Assembly: GCA_964522395.1 (NCBI GenBank)
Contig: CAZFVN010000002.1
Location: 43,644-107,643 of the forward strand
Source: an uncultured Myxococcales bacterium
Lineage (GTDB): Bacteria > Myxococcota_A > UBA9042 > CAIXZC01
Length of the DNA stretch: 64,000 bases
Direction of reading: 5' to 3'
Position 1 is the first letter of the stretch. Each line of letters opens with the position of its first letter. The position numbers and the translations under genes are program-made. Under the pieces are notes generated by a model. The model ran no database searches. It had not been told where the DNA came from and saw nothing but the letters and a program-made list of their open reading frames with translations. This document shows, in pieces, positions 28,601-39,500 of the stretch.

Positions 28601-29187
28601 ACTGGCGTCAACTGGCAGTCAAAGTGACCTCTGCACACACGCCCCGCATCTACATTAAGAAGGATGATTGCGAGGGTGGTGAGGTGGTGGCCTGCGGTGA
28701 AGACTCCTTCGACACGGGGGTTCTGCAACCAGGTACCTACTATCTCTTTGTTGATGCTGACGGCAATTTGCAAAAGGGCGATTTCACCTTGAACGTGGTG
28801 CCCTCACCTCCAGATGCACCAGGCAATGACTCGTGCGCAGCTCCGCAGCAACTCGTGTTCCAGAACAACACCTCGCAAGTGTCCGGTATGACGCTCTTTT
28901 CTAACGACCTTTACTCCGCTGCGTGTGGTGGGGCCGGCGCGCCAGAAAACGTCTTCCAGTTCACGGTGCCTGCCGGGGTCTCGAAGCTGGATGTTGCGGT
29001 GGATGCAGATTTCGCCCCCACCATGTATGTCGCTAAGGGAAGCTGCGAAGGGGACCCCATCGCCTGTGTTCCCGCGGCGACCTACCAGATGAGCTGGCCA
29101 GGCCAGGGAGTCTACTACCTCTTTCTCGATGGGAAGACTGCTGACGCCAAGGGTCTATACACTTTGACCGTCACCATGACTCAATAG
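25606..29187 (+). CDS. Array paralog G, short form, about 1193 aa. Secreted protein lacking the beta-propeller-like insert.
   Basis: The ORF is open from 25564. The probable start is ATG 25606 (MRRKLSRSVSIALFLLTALWSFSVLA|AAPAAL). The central region is homologous to the long forms but more diverged. The segment KPLTPV...NIYEP is missing. Confidence 0.75.
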   Translation: MRRKLSRSVSIALFLLTALWSFSVLAAAPAALSYQGFLTDSVGNPVSGTWTVTFGLFAAPGGGAALFEESLDVTTDKGLFSVYLGTPDNPLPTASFETGMLFLELTVETDDGPVALSPRQQVVSDPYALYAQDAAQLGGENAAAFVLLQQLPDLCITPEALPDVLEELGITGGGLDEEALAAWLLANAFLDEAALSEWLLANGYDPCACYGDEGVAAYLAVEGFIAGPHFSGLYEDLIDPPDLSGFMTSDDVAELLSDLGAVLLADGSVALEGHLDFAGFEALNLAVHNSEDAPEEPAVGQLWWDLSEALLKVYTGEAWSGIGTGVAADIACPECVDADDVAFTFAAADQKGGAALNVNCFQCINADEVSFAWAKGVLPGGDAEHALTADLATTSLTAETASDVECPGCVQAGDIDPAALDAKLVAFDDAGAELGANTVQAAVEKLAAAGGSEANEGNGTVISYEQQWGLPSYGHATEYVHLFNPTQPKVMAYLYASESTSFATSNNLVVAYNHTPNQYSEVAQGTAGDTALEVNNPSIFNYGNHIMVHQTVGKNGNGTDAGNWELNQVIGVNGNTVLLAKPLLNTYSSVDCDEGRAQAIIAASYNLLEVVNGGHVYPSNSLSSTSETRGGIVYIRARKVVVKAGGKIDADNRGFEGGDWYSCTNEAEKGHSECSTCENSNLMGQSANCSGGGGSYIGCSSPAYGGAGGGGNKAAGQKGGGSQQASGGNAKGDALLNTLHFGGAGGKSYARSGGHGGGMVVLGAETIIVEAGGTISANGANGSSTGSGSQSGGGGGAGGTVALFANQVINEGTISATGGTGGTGPKGNGGDGGEGWVVQIDPIPGVVNESYPKGIEFWVDDKNITPEVGDPNGKGDPFWDADGGKWGKDGLTAWSTGALDLTSFANWTLGEHKIELKETGGAGGELKLYMYIIYPFTKASAPVNDTCEQPVMMDLSGPVTLTGTTEDIMGKIKATDANNGPFCGGSGGPDLVYGFTLNDWRQLAVKVTSAHTPRIYIKKDDCEGGEVVACGEDSFDTGVLQPGTYYLFVDADGNLQKGDFTLNVVPSPPDAPGNDSCAAPQQLVFQNNTSQVSGMTLFSNDLYSAACGGAGAPENVFQFTVPAGVSKLDVAVDADFAPTMYVAKGSCEGDPIACVPAATYQMSWPGQGVYYLFLDGKTADAKGLYTLTVTMTQ

Positions 29188-29238
29188 TCCTACTGGGTGG
29201 AGCAAAAAATGAGCAGGAACAGAAATGGGTGGTTCAAC

Positions 29239-32200
29239 ATGCTAAGGAAGATTAACCGTAGTGCTGGCTGTTTGCTGTTCGTGTTTGCCGTTATGTTGTC
29301 CTCTTCGGCCCAGGCAGAGGCTCCGGCCGCGCTCTCATACCAGGGGTTTCTCACCGATTCGGTGGGCAATCCAGTGACGGGGACCTGGACGCTCTCGTTC
29401 GGACTCTACTCGGTGCCTGTGGGCGGCTCTCCACTCTTTGAGGAATCTCTCAACGTGACTACCGATAAGGGGCTCTTCTCTGTCTACCTGGGGACCCCGG
29501 ACAATCCGCTGCCGACGGATTCGTTTAGTAGCGGTCAGCTCTTCCTGGAATTGACCGTGGAAACCGATGACGGTCCCGTGGCGTTGACTCCCAGACAACA
29601 GGTTGTCTCCGATCCCTACGCCATTTTCGCCCATGATGCGGAGCAACTTGGGGGAGAAGATTCCTCTTCCTACGTGCTGCTCCAACAACTTCCCGACCTC
29701 TGTATTACCCCTGAGGCGCTTCCCGATGTGCTGGAAGATTTGGGGATTGGCGGTGGCGGTCTCGATGAGGAGGCACTGGCTGCCTGGTTATTGGCCAACT
29801 CTTTCTTGGATGAGGTATCCCTTTCTGCATGGTTGCTGGCCAATGGGTACGACCCCTGTGCCTGCTATGGTGACGATGGAGTGGCTGCCTACCTCGCTGC
29901 CGAGGGGTTTGTCGCGGGACCCCATTTTTCCGGACTCTACGAAGACCTCGTCGACCCTCCGGACCTCTCCGGTTTCATGACCTCAGATAATGTTGCTGAG
30001 TTGCTCTCAGACCTCGGCGCGGTGCTCCTGGCCGATGGCTCGGTGGCCCTTGATGGGTCTCTCGATTTCGCCGGTTTTGAGGCGCTCAACTTAGCGGTAC
30101 ACAACTCGGAGGATGCTCCAGCGGAACCGGCAGTGGGGCAACTCTGGTGGGACCTTAACGAAGCTCTCCTCAAAGTCTACACTGGCGAAGCGTGGTCGGG
30201 GATTGGCACCGGCGTGGCGGCTGATATTGCTTGCCCAGAGTGTGTCGACGCGGATGACGTGGCATTTACCTTCGCAGCCGCTGATCAGAAGGGCGGGTCG
30301 GCGCTCAATGTCAACTGCTTCCAGTGCATCAATGCCGACGAAGTAAGCTTCGCTTGGGCCAAGGGCGTTTTGCCAGGCGGAGATGCGGAGCATGCCCTCA
30401 CGGCTGACACCGCAACCAGCGCCCTTACTGCCGACACCGCGGCTGATGTCGAGTGCCCCGGCTGCGTCAACGCCGGTGACCTGGCTGCAGATGCAGTCCA
30501 TTCGCAAAAGGTCGTCTTCGACGACACCAAAACTCAATTGGGCGCCAGCACGGTGCAAGGAGCCATTGAGAAGATGGCGGAAGATGGCGGCGGGAATGCC
30601 GTGGAAGGATTGGGGACCATCGTTCCCTACGTCCAACAGTGGGGTCTGCCCGCCTACGGCAAGGCCGAAAACCACATCCACCTCATGAATCCCTCAACGC
30701 CCAAGGTAGTGGCCCATGTCTATGCCAGCGAATCGACCAGCTTCGCCACCTCCAACAACCTGGTGGTGGCCTATAACCACAATCCTAACCAGTATAGCCC
30801 TGTCTCGCAGGGAACCGCCGGGGATAATGCGCTGGAAGTAGGTAATCCATCTATCTTCAACTACGGCAATCACATTCTCGTGCACCAGTCGGTGGGCACC
30901 GGTGGCAACGGCACCGGCGCTGGTAACTGGGAGTTGAATCAGGTAGTTGGCGTCAACGGCAATACGTTGTTGTTGGCGAAGCCGCTGAACAATACGTACA
31001 GCTCTGCTGATTGCAAGCAGGGGAGGGCGCAGGCGGTTGTGGCGGCCTCTTACAACCTCCTCGAGGTTACTTCCGGCGGAAAGATCTACCCGAGCGAGAA
31101 CTTCCATGGCGATGAGGTCCGAGGGGGCATCGTCTATGTTCGGGCTCGCAAGATTGTAGTTAAGTCTGGGGGCTCCATCGAGGTAAATGGGCGTGGCTTC
31201 GAGGGGGGGGATAACTACGAGTGTAACCAACCCAGTGAGCAGGGCCATTCGGAGTGTAGTGTTTGCGACAACCAGTGGAGTTCATCTCCTAATTGTTCTG
31301 GTGGCGGCGGTGGTGGTCACGGCTGTCATCATCCCGCCTACGGTGGTGGCGGTGGCGGCGGGAACAAAGCGGCTGGCGGCGCAGGGACCGGAAGTCAGAA
31401 AGGAAGTGGAGGTAACTCCAAAGGCGACGGCTCTCTCAGCGCCATACACATGGGCGGTGGCGGCGGCATGGTTTATTCGCAACCTGGCGGTCGCGGTGGC
31501 GGAATCATCGTTCTTGGTGCAGAAACAATTATCGTTGAGCCGGGAGGCTCCATTTCGGCCAACGGCACCAACGGCGGCAACACTGGCAGCGGCCACCAGG
31601 CTGGCGGCGGCGGTGGTGCTGGCGGCACCGTGGCTCTCTACGCTGAACAGGTCGTGAACTCAGGTACCATATCGGCCACCGGAGGGAAGGGCGGAACCGG
31701 ACCCCAGGGCAACGGCGGTGACGGTGGGGAAGGTTGGGTAGTACAGCTCGACCCCGTTTCCGGCGTGGTCAATGAATCCTATCCCAAGGGGCTTGAACTT
31801 TATGTTGATGGCCAGGAAGTAACCCCGCTGGTAGGCGATCCCAATGGCAAAGGCGCTCCCTACTGGGATGCCGAAAATGGCAAATGGGGCAAGGATGGGC
31901 TGACTGCCTGGAACACCGGTCCATTGGACCTGACTTCTGTCGCTAACTGGACCCTGGGTGAGCATACCGTTGCGCTGCACGAAACGGGCGGCGCAGGGGG
32001 TGAGTTGAAGCTCTACCTCTACGTCATCTATCCCTATTCGAAATCGAGTCCGCCGGTGAATGATACCTGCGACCAGCCGGTCATGATGAATCTCGCCGGA
32101 CCGGTAACAATGACCGGCTCCACGGAAGATATCATGGGCAAACTGAAAGCTACCGATGCCCACTCCGGACCCTTCTGTGGTGGCTCAGGAGGACCAGAGG

Positions 32201-32811
32201 TGGTCTATGCCTTCACCCTGGATGACTGGCGGCAACTCTCCATATCAGTGACCTCCGCACACACGCCGCGCGTATACATTAAAAAGGACGACTGCGCCGG
32301 GGGCGAAGTGGTGGCTTGCGGCGAAGACTCATTTGCAACTGGAGTGCTGCAACCCGGTACCTATTATCTCTTCGTGGATGCCGACGGCAATCTGCAAAAG
32401 GGCGACTTCGCGCTCACGGTGACGCCGGCACCTCCCGATGCTCCGGACAATGATACTTGCGCGGTCCCGCAGCAACTGGTCTTCCAGAACAACACTTCTC
32501 AGGTATCGGGCATGACGCTCTTTAGCAGCGACGACTATTCGGCCGCTTGTGGTGGCGCCGGCGCACCAGAGAATGTCTTCCAATTCACCGTTCCGGCGGG
32601 CATCTCTGCCTTGAACATCTCGGTGGATGCTGACTTCGCTCCGGCAATGTATCTGGCCAAAGAGAATTGCGATGGCGCGCCAATTGCTTGTGTCCCCGCC
32701 GACACCTATCAGATGGGCTGGCCGGGCCAGGGTACCTACTACCTCTTCCTCGATGGGAAGGGCGCGGATGCTAAGGGGCTCTACACTTTGACTGTTACAA
32801 TGGAGCAATAG
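29239..32811 (+). CDS. Array paralog H, short form. Secreted protein.
   Basis: The ORF is open from 29197. The probable start is ATG 29239 (MLRKINRSAGCLLFVFAVMLSSSAQA|EAPAAL). GGGTGG lies 7 nt upstream of the ATG. Confidence 0.75.
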   Translation: MLRKINRSAGCLLFVFAVMLSSSAQAEAPAALSYQGFLTDSVGNPVTGTWTLSFGLYSVPVGGSPLFEESLNVTTDKGLFSVYLGTPDNPLPTDSFSSGQLFLELTVETDDGPVALTPRQQVVSDPYAIFAHDAEQLGGEDSSSYVLLQQLPDLCITPEALPDVLEDLGIGGGGLDEEALAAWLLANSFLDEVSLSAWLLANGYDPCACYGDDGVAAYLAAEGFVAGPHFSGLYEDLVDPPDLSGFMTSDNVAELLSDLGAVLLADGSVALDGSLDFAGFEALNLAVHNSEDAPAEPAVGQLWWDLNEALLKVYTGEAWSGIGTGVAADIACPECVDADDVAFTFAAADQKGGSALNVNCFQCINADEVSFAWAKGVLPGGDAEHALTADTATSALTADTAADVECPGCVNAGDLAADAVHSQKVVFDDTKTQLGASTVQGAIEKMAEDGGGNAVEGLGTIVPYVQQWGLPAYGKAENHIHLMNPSTPKVVAHVYASESTSFATSNNLVVAYNHNPNQYSPVSQGTAGDNALEVGNPSIFNYGNHILVHQSVGTGGNGTGAGNWELNQVVGVNGNTLLLAKPLNNTYSSADCKQGRAQAVVAASYNLLEVTSGGKIYPSENFHGDEVRGGIVYVRARKIVVKSGGSIEVNGRGFEGGDNYECNQPSEQGHSECSVCDNQWSSSPNCSGGGGGGHGCHHPAYGGGGGGGNKAAGGAGTGSQKGSGGNSKGDGSLSAIHMGGGGGMVYSQPGGRGGGIIVLGAETIIVEPGGSISANGTNGGNTGSGHQAGGGGGAGGTVALYAEQVVNSGTISATGGKGGTGPQGNGGDGGEGWVVQLDPVSGVVNESYPKGLELYVDGQEVTPLVGDPNGKGAPYWDAENGKWGKDGLTAWNTGPLDLTSVANWTLGEHTVALHETGGAGGELKLYLYVIYPYSKSSPPVNDTCDQPVMMNLAGPVTMTGSTEDIMGKLKATDAHSGPFCGGSGGPEVVYAFTLDDWRQLSISVTSAHTPRVYIKKDDCAGGEVVACGEDSFATGVLQPGTYYLFVDADGNLQKGDFALTVTPAPPDAPDNDTCAVPQQLVFQNNTSQVSGMTLFSSDDYSAACGGAGAPENVFQFTVPAGISALNISVDADFAPAMYLAKENCDGAPIACVPADTYQMGWPGQGTYYLFLDGKGADAKGLYTLTVTMEQ

Positions 32812-32888
32812 CTCTAGTGGGTGAGACATTTCTAACGGGTGAGGCTTCAATGGGTGAAACAGAAGATGACTGGAAGAGGTGGTTCAAT

Positions 32889-35800
32889 ATGCTAGGGAAA
32901 CTCAACCGTAGTGCCGGTTTCGTGTTGTTCGTGCTGACCGTGCTGGCGTCCTTCTCAGCTCAGGCCGCGGTCCCCACGGCGCTCTCATATCAGGGTTTTC
33001 TAACTGACTCAGTGGGCAACCCGGTGACCGGCACGTGGACCGTCACTTTCGGGCTCTTTGCCGATCCCAACGGCGGTGCGCCCCTCTTTGAGGAGTCCCT
33101 GGATGTGACCACGGATAAAGGGCTCTTCTCGGTCTACCTGGGAACTCCGGACAATCCGTTGCCACTTGCCTCCTTCGAGTCGGGAACGCTCTTCCTGGAA
33201 TTGACCGTTGAAACTGACGATGGCCCGGTTTCATTGACTCCCCGGCAGCAAGTTGTCTCCGATCCTTTCGCACTCTACGCTCAGGACGCAGCTCAACTTG
33301 GAGGTGAGGACGCATCGGCGTTTGTGCTGCTGCAGCAATTGCCCGATCTATGCGTTACTCCGGAGGCCCTACCAGACGTATTGACAGAGCTTGGGATTAC
33401 CGGTGGAGGTCTTGACGAAGAGGCACTTGCCGCCTGGCTGCTCGCCAACTCCTTTGTCGACGAGGTGTCCCTGGCGGCCTGGCTGCTGGCCAACGGGTAT
33501 GATCCGTGCGCCTGCTATGGCGATGAGGGTGTGGCCGCCTATCTGGCTGCCGAGGGATTCATGGCAGGGCCGCATTTCTCTGGCCTCTATGGGGACCTTG
33601 TTGACTCACCCGATCTCTCGTCATATGTGACAGCCGAAGATGTGGAGCAGGCACTCTCAGACCTCGGTGCCGTCCTCCTCGCCGATGGCTCGGTTGCTCT
33701 CGAAGGGAACCTCGATTTTGCAGGCTACCAGGCCCTCAATCTGGCGGTTCACAATTCGGAAGAGGCACCGGAAGAACCAGTCGTTGGGCAGCTCTGGTGG
33801 GACCTCACTGAGGGCCTGCTCAAGGTCCATACGGGTGATGGATGGTCAGGAATTGGCACTGGCGTGGCGGCAGACATCGCCTGCCCAGAATGTGTCGATG
33901 CCGACGACGTAGCGTTCACTTTTGCCGCCGCAGATCAGAAGGGCGGGGCTGCACTCAATGTCAATTGCTTCCAGTGCATCAATGCTGATGAGGTGAGCTT
34001 CGCATGGGCCAAAGGAGTGCTACCGGGCGGAGATGCTGAACATGCGCTGACTGCAGACACCGCGGTCAACGCGCTAACTGCCGAAACCGCAGGTGACGTC
34101 GAGTGCCCCGGTTGTGTAGATGCCGGTGATCTGGCCGTTGGTGCCATGCACTCGGACAAGGTCGTCTTCGACGACACCAAGACCCAAATCGGTGCAGGTT
34201 CGGTGCAGGCGGCCCTGGAGCACGCCCTGTCGGCTGGAGCCAGCGGTGCGGTAGAAGGAAACGGGACCATTGTTCCATTTGTAGAGCAGTGGGGTCTGCC
34301 GGCTTACGGTGAGGCCACCACATACGTCCACCTCATGAATCCCAGCCAGCCTAAAGTCCTGGCCCATCTCTATGCCGGGGAATCGAGCAGCTTCTCCACA
34401 TCCAATAACCTCGTGGTGGCTTACAGCTTCGCGCCCAACCAATACTCTGGCGGTGTCAACGGTACCGCTGGAGAGCAGGCTTTGCAGGTAACCAACCCCT
34501 CGAGCTTCTCCGTGGGAGCCCACATTCTCATTCATCAGACCGTAGGCACCGGGGGCAACGGCACCAATGCCGGCCAGTGGGAGCTCTCTCAGGTCCTGGG
34601 CATCGAGGGTTCGACGCTTCTGCTGGCAAAGGAGTTGCAGCATACGTTCACTTCTTGCGGCAATGATTGTGGTTACGCGCAGGCTGTGGTGGCTGCCTCA
34701 TACAATCAGTTGGAGGTGGTCAACGGCGGGACTATCAGTCCTTCAATGAATGCCCATGACCAGGGGGACAAGAAGGGCAGTATCATCTTCATCAGAGCTC
34801 GCAAGATCGTTCTGAAGACGGGCGGTAAGATCCAAGCCAATGGTTATGGTCCCTACAATAGGGGTGATACGTGGGGAGGCGACTACCGAGGCGAAACAGC
34901 GTCGTCGCAGTGCAAAATTGATAATGGAAGCTGGGGTCCGGCCAACAACTGCTCGGGTGGTGGCGGTGGTGGCAAGCACATAATTGAGTGGTCAAATACA
35001 TGCGGTGGGGGGGGCGGTGGAAACAAGACGGCTGGACAGAAAGGCAAGGGGAACAGCAACAATGGCGGCCACGGAGGCTCTGCATGGGGTGATGCAAACG
35101 CCGATATATTGACCTTTGGAGGGTCCGGCGGAAGTTCCTATTATGGTCGAGCCGGATGGGGTGGAGGCCTCATCGTTCTGGGAGCGGAGACCATCATCGT
35201 CGAAAATGGTGCTTCGATCACTGCAAACGGAAATACGGGCGATTGTCCATGGGGTAATCATGGTTCCCATGGTGGCGGTGGCGGCGGAGCCGGTGGATCT
35301 ATTGTCCTCTTTGCCAAGGAGCTGCTCAACAGCGGAACTGTAACCGCTGACGGTGGCGCCGGGAAGCACTGCGGCGATGCCGTTAACATCGGCGGCAACG
35401 GTGGCGACGGCTGGGTCATTCACAAGGACCCCGTTGACGGCACTGTCAATGAGAGTTTCGCGAAGGGTGTTGAACTCTGGCTCGATGGTGAGAATGTTAC
35501 TGCTCAAATTGGGGATCCCAATGCCAAGGGGGCCCCGGCCTGGAATGCGGATGATCAGAACTGGGGGGCCGATGGCCTTGCCGGGTGGTCTACCGGGCCG
35601 CTGGATTTGACTGCCGCGGCCAATTGGACGTTGGGCGAACATAAGATCCAGCTCAAAGAGACCGGTGGTGCGGGTGGCGACGTCAAACTCTTCACCTACA
35701 TCATCTATCCCTTCACCAAGTCGACTCCGCCGGTAAACGATACTTGCGACCAGCCAGTGTTGCTGGATGTGTCGGGCCCGACCACGGTAACCGGCACCAC

Positions 35801-36488
35801 TGAAGATATCATGGGCAAATTGAAGGCCACCGATGCCCATTCCGGACCGTTTTGCGGCGGGGCCGGAGGGCCGGAAGTTGTTTATGCATTCACCTTGGAA
35901 GAGTGGCGGCAGCTCACTCTCTCGGTGACCAGCGCGTTTACGCCGCGGGTCTATATCAAGAAGGGAAGTTGCACCGACGGTGAAGTGGTTGCGTGTGGCA
36001 CCGACCAGGTAACAACTGGCGTCTTCGAACCTGGAACCTACTATCTCTTCCTCGATTCAGATGGCAACCTGCAGAAAGGCGACTTCTCCCTTACAGTGAC
36101 CCCCACTCCCCCTGATTCACCGGCCAACGACTCTTGTGCCGGGCCGGAGCAACTGCTTTTCCAGAACAATGTGGCCCAGATCTCCGGCATGACTCTTTTT
36201 TCTAACGACCTCTACTCTGCCGCGTGCGGTGGCGCTGGTGCACCCGAAAACGTCTTCACCTTCACGGTGCCGGCCGGGCTTTCATCGTTGGATATCGCCG
36301 TGGATGCTGACTACGACCCCGCTATCTATGTTGTGAAGGACTCTTGTGACGGCAATCCTGTGGCCTGCATTCCGGCCAACAGCTACCAGATGGGCTGGCC
36401 CGGATCGGGTGTTTATTATCTCTTCCTCGACGGCAAAACCGCCAACGACGAAGGGCTCTACACACTGACCATTACCCTCAATCAGTAG
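32889..36488 (+). CDS. Array paralog I, short form. Secreted protein.
   Basis: The ORF is open from 32817. The probable start is ATG 32889 (MLGKLNRSAGFVLFVLTVLASFSAQA|AVPTAL). Confidence 0.75.
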   Translation: MLGKLNRSAGFVLFVLTVLASFSAQAAVPTALSYQGFLTDSVGNPVTGTWTVTFGLFADPNGGAPLFEESLDVTTDKGLFSVYLGTPDNPLPLASFESGTLFLELTVETDDGPVSLTPRQQVVSDPFALYAQDAAQLGGEDASAFVLLQQLPDLCVTPEALPDVLTELGITGGGLDEEALAAWLLANSFVDEVSLAAWLLANGYDPCACYGDEGVAAYLAAEGFMAGPHFSGLYGDLVDSPDLSSYVTAEDVEQALSDLGAVLLADGSVALEGNLDFAGYQALNLAVHNSEEAPEEPVVGQLWWDLTEGLLKVHTGDGWSGIGTGVAADIACPECVDADDVAFTFAAADQKGGAALNVNCFQCINADEVSFAWAKGVLPGGDAEHALTADTAVNALTAETAGDVECPGCVDAGDLAVGAMHSDKVVFDDTKTQIGAGSVQAALEHALSAGASGAVEGNGTIVPFVEQWGLPAYGEATTYVHLMNPSQPKVLAHLYAGESSSFSTSNNLVVAYSFAPNQYSGGVNGTAGEQALQVTNPSSFSVGAHILIHQTVGTGGNGTNAGQWELSQVLGIEGSTLLLAKELQHTFTSCGNDCGYAQAVVAASYNQLEVVNGGTISPSMNAHDQGDKKGSIIFIRARKIVLKTGGKIQANGYGPYNRGDTWGGDYRGETASSQCKIDNGSWGPANNCSGGGGGGKHIIEWSNTCGGGGGGNKTAGQKGKGNSNNGGHGGSAWGDANADILTFGGSGGSSYYGRAGWGGGLIVLGAETIIVENGASITANGNTGDCPWGNHGSHGGGGGGAGGSIVLFAKELLNSGTVTADGGAGKHCGDAVNIGGNGGDGWVIHKDPVDGTVNESFAKGVELWLDGENVTAQIGDPNAKGAPAWNADDQNWGADGLAGWSTGPLDLTAAANWTLGEHKIQLKETGGAGGDVKLFTYIIYPFTKSTPPVNDTCDQPVLLDVSGPTTVTGTTEDIMGKLKATDAHSGPFCGGAGGPEVVYAFTLEEWRQLTLSVTSAFTPRVYIKKGSCTDGEVVACGTDQVTTGVFEPGTYYLFLDSDGNLQKGDFSLTVTPTPPDSPANDSCAGPEQLLFQNNVAQISGMTLFSNDLYSAACGGAGAPENVFTFTVPAGLSSLDIAVDADYDPAIYVVKDSCDGNPVACIPANSYQMGWPGSGVYYLFLDGKTANDEGLYTLTITLNQ

Positions 36489-36503
36489 CAACAGGTGAAC
36501 ACC

Positions 36504-39500
36504 ATGAAGAGAATTGCCATCGTATCTGGTCTCCTGGTCCTACTTCTGTCCTTTGCCGCTCAGGCGGCAGCTCCCGCTGCACTGTCGTACCAGGGCTTTC
36601 TCACCGATTCTGTGGGTAACCCGGTAACTGGGACCTGGACCATAACTTTCGGGCTCTATGCGGCTCCTAGTGGAGGGCAAGAACTCTTTGAGGAGTCTCT
36701 TGACGTGACCACGGACAAGGGATTATTCAGCGTCTACCTCGGTACGCCTGACAATCCGCTTCCCACGGCATCCTTTGAAGCGGGGCAACTCTTTCTGGCC
36801 CTGACCGTAGAAACGGACGATGGCCCGGTGACGCTGACGCCTCGTCAGCAAGTGGTGTCAGATCCATATGCCCTCTATGCTCAAGATGCCGCTCAGTTGG
36901 GGGGCGAGGACGCTGAGGCCTTTGTGTTACTGCAGCAACTACCTGACCTGTGCATTACGCCAGACGCTCTTCCCGCTGTTCTGGCAGATTTGGGCATCAC
37001 TGGAGGTGGTCTGGACGAAGAGGCCCTGGCCGCGTGGCTCCTGGCCAATTCGTTCGTAGATGAGACTGCTCTTGCGGTCTGGCTACTAGCCAATGGGTAT
37101 GACCCGTGTGCCTGCTACGGGGATGAGGGCGTTGCCGCATATCTTGCGGCCGAGGGGTTTGTGGCAGGGCCCCACTTCTCCGGTCTCTACGACGACCTCA
37201 TCGATTCTCCTGACCTTTCAGGATTCATGACCGCGGACGATGTGGCCGAGGCCCTCTCGAACCTTGGTGCCGTGCTGCTCGCTGATGGTTCTGTTGCACT
37301 TGAAGGTGACCTGAATTTTGCCGGATACCAGGCTCTGAATCTGGCAGTTCATAACTCCGAAGAGGCGCCTGTAGAACCGGTGGCTGGCCAACTTTGGTGG
37401 GACTCTGGCGATGCGATGCTGAAGATCTATGATGGTGATGACTGGGGGAGTGTTGGCACCGGCGTGGCGGAGGATGTTGCTTGTCCTGAGTGCGTCGATG
37501 CCGATGATGTGGCCTTTACCTTTGCCGCTGCTGATCAGAAGGGCGGTGCATCGCTGAATGTGAACTGCTTCCAGTGCATTAATGCCGATGAGGTTAGTTT
37601 CGCCTGGGCCAAAGGTGTTTTACCCGGCGGCGATGCAGAGCATTCGCTGACCGCTGACCTGGCGACCTCTGCACTCACCGCTGAGTTGGCTCAGGACGTC
37701 GAATGTCCCGGCTGTGTGAATGCCGGTGACATCGATCCGAATGCCCTCGACTCCAAGGTAGTCAAGTACGATGGCGCTGGCTCTGGCCTCGGTTCCAACT
37801 CGGTGCAGGGAGCTATTGACGAGTTGGCATCTAGCGGCTCTGGGGACCTCAATGAAGGCAATGGAACTATTGTCCCTTATGTTCAGCAGTGGGGTCTCCC
37901 CGCATATGGCAAGGCCGAGAATCATATCCACCTCATGAACCCTTCCCAGCCCAAAGTCGTGGCCCATGTCTATGCTAGCGAATCGACCAGTTTTGCGACC
38001 TCCAATAATCTGGTTGTGGCATATAACCATACGCCCAACCAGTACAGCGAAGTCTCGCAAGGTACCGCTGGCGATACCGCGCTGGAAGTGAACAACCCCA
38101 GCATCTTCAACTATGGAAATCATATTCTGGTCCACCAGTCTGTCGGCACAGGTGGAAATGGCGCCGGGGCTGGTAACTGGGAGTTGAATCAGGTCATTGG
38201 GGTCAATGGCAACACACTGCTATTGGCCAAGCCGCTAGAGAAAACCTATTCCTCTGGAGACTGCGATGATGGTCGTGCCCAGGCCGTGGTGGCCGCGTCC
38301 TACAACCTTCTGGAGGTTGTGTCGGGTGGTAACATCATGGCCAATGAGACTTTCTACAGTGGGGGCGAATCACGAGGTGGAATTGTATACGTGAGAGCGC
38401 GGAAGATCGTGGTGAAGTCAGGTGGCAAGATCCAAGTGGATGGACGCGGCTTCTATGGGGCCAATTCATACGAGTGCGGACCACCACGGGTCACAGAGAA
38501 GGGCCACTCAGAGTGCAATGTTTGCGACAATCTGGTTTCCTTCTATGGCACGGCCCCCAATTGTTCTGGTGGCGGGGGTGGAAATCACAATTGCTGGTAT
38601 CCCGGAAAGGGTGGCGGAGGTGGCGGTGGGAACAAGACTGCGGGGAAAGACGGCGTCGGTTCTGAGCCTGGCAAGGGCGGACTAACAAAGGGGGATGCTA
38701 ACCTGGCTACCTTGCAGTTTGGTGGTGGTGGTGGACGAGCGATGCACACGAACGCGGGACATGGTGGCGGCATCATCGTTCTGGGTGCCGAGACGATCAT
38801 CGTCGAACCAGGAGGTAGCATTACCGCTAACGGGAGCGCCGGGGTGAATGATGGCAATGGCAACTATGCCGCTGGAGGCGGGGGAGGTGGCGGTACGGTG
38901 GCTCTCTTCGCAGATCAGGTAATGAACGAGGGTACTATTGTCGCCGCGGGTGGCAAGGGAGGCACCGCCCCCCAGGGCAATGGCGGAGATGGCGGCGAAG
39001 GCTGGGTGGTTCAAAAGGACCCCATTTCCGGCGTGGTCAATGAGTCCTATCCAAAGGGCCTGGAAATATATGTTGACGGTCAGGAGGTAACCCCCCTCGT
39101 GGGCGATCCAAATGGCAAAGGGGCACCTTCCTGGGACGCTGAGGTGGGCAAATGGGGAGCAGATGGTCTCACTGAATGGAACACCGGTCCATTGGATCTA
39201 ACGTCAGTGGCCAACTGGACTCTGGGTGAGCATACCATTGCTTTGCATGAGACGGGTGGAGCGGGTGGTGAGTTGAAGCTCTATCTCTACGTGATCTACC
39301 CATTTACCAAATCTTCGGTGCCGGGCAACGACACCTGCGATGGTCCGACCTTCCTTAATCTCGCAAATCCCGTGACCGTCTCCGGTACCACCGAGGACAT
39401 CATGGGCAAGATCAAAGCTACCGATGCCAGCCAGGCGCAGTTCTGCGGCGGCTCCGGTGGTCCCGATGCCATCTACGCCTTCACCCTCGATGACTGGCGA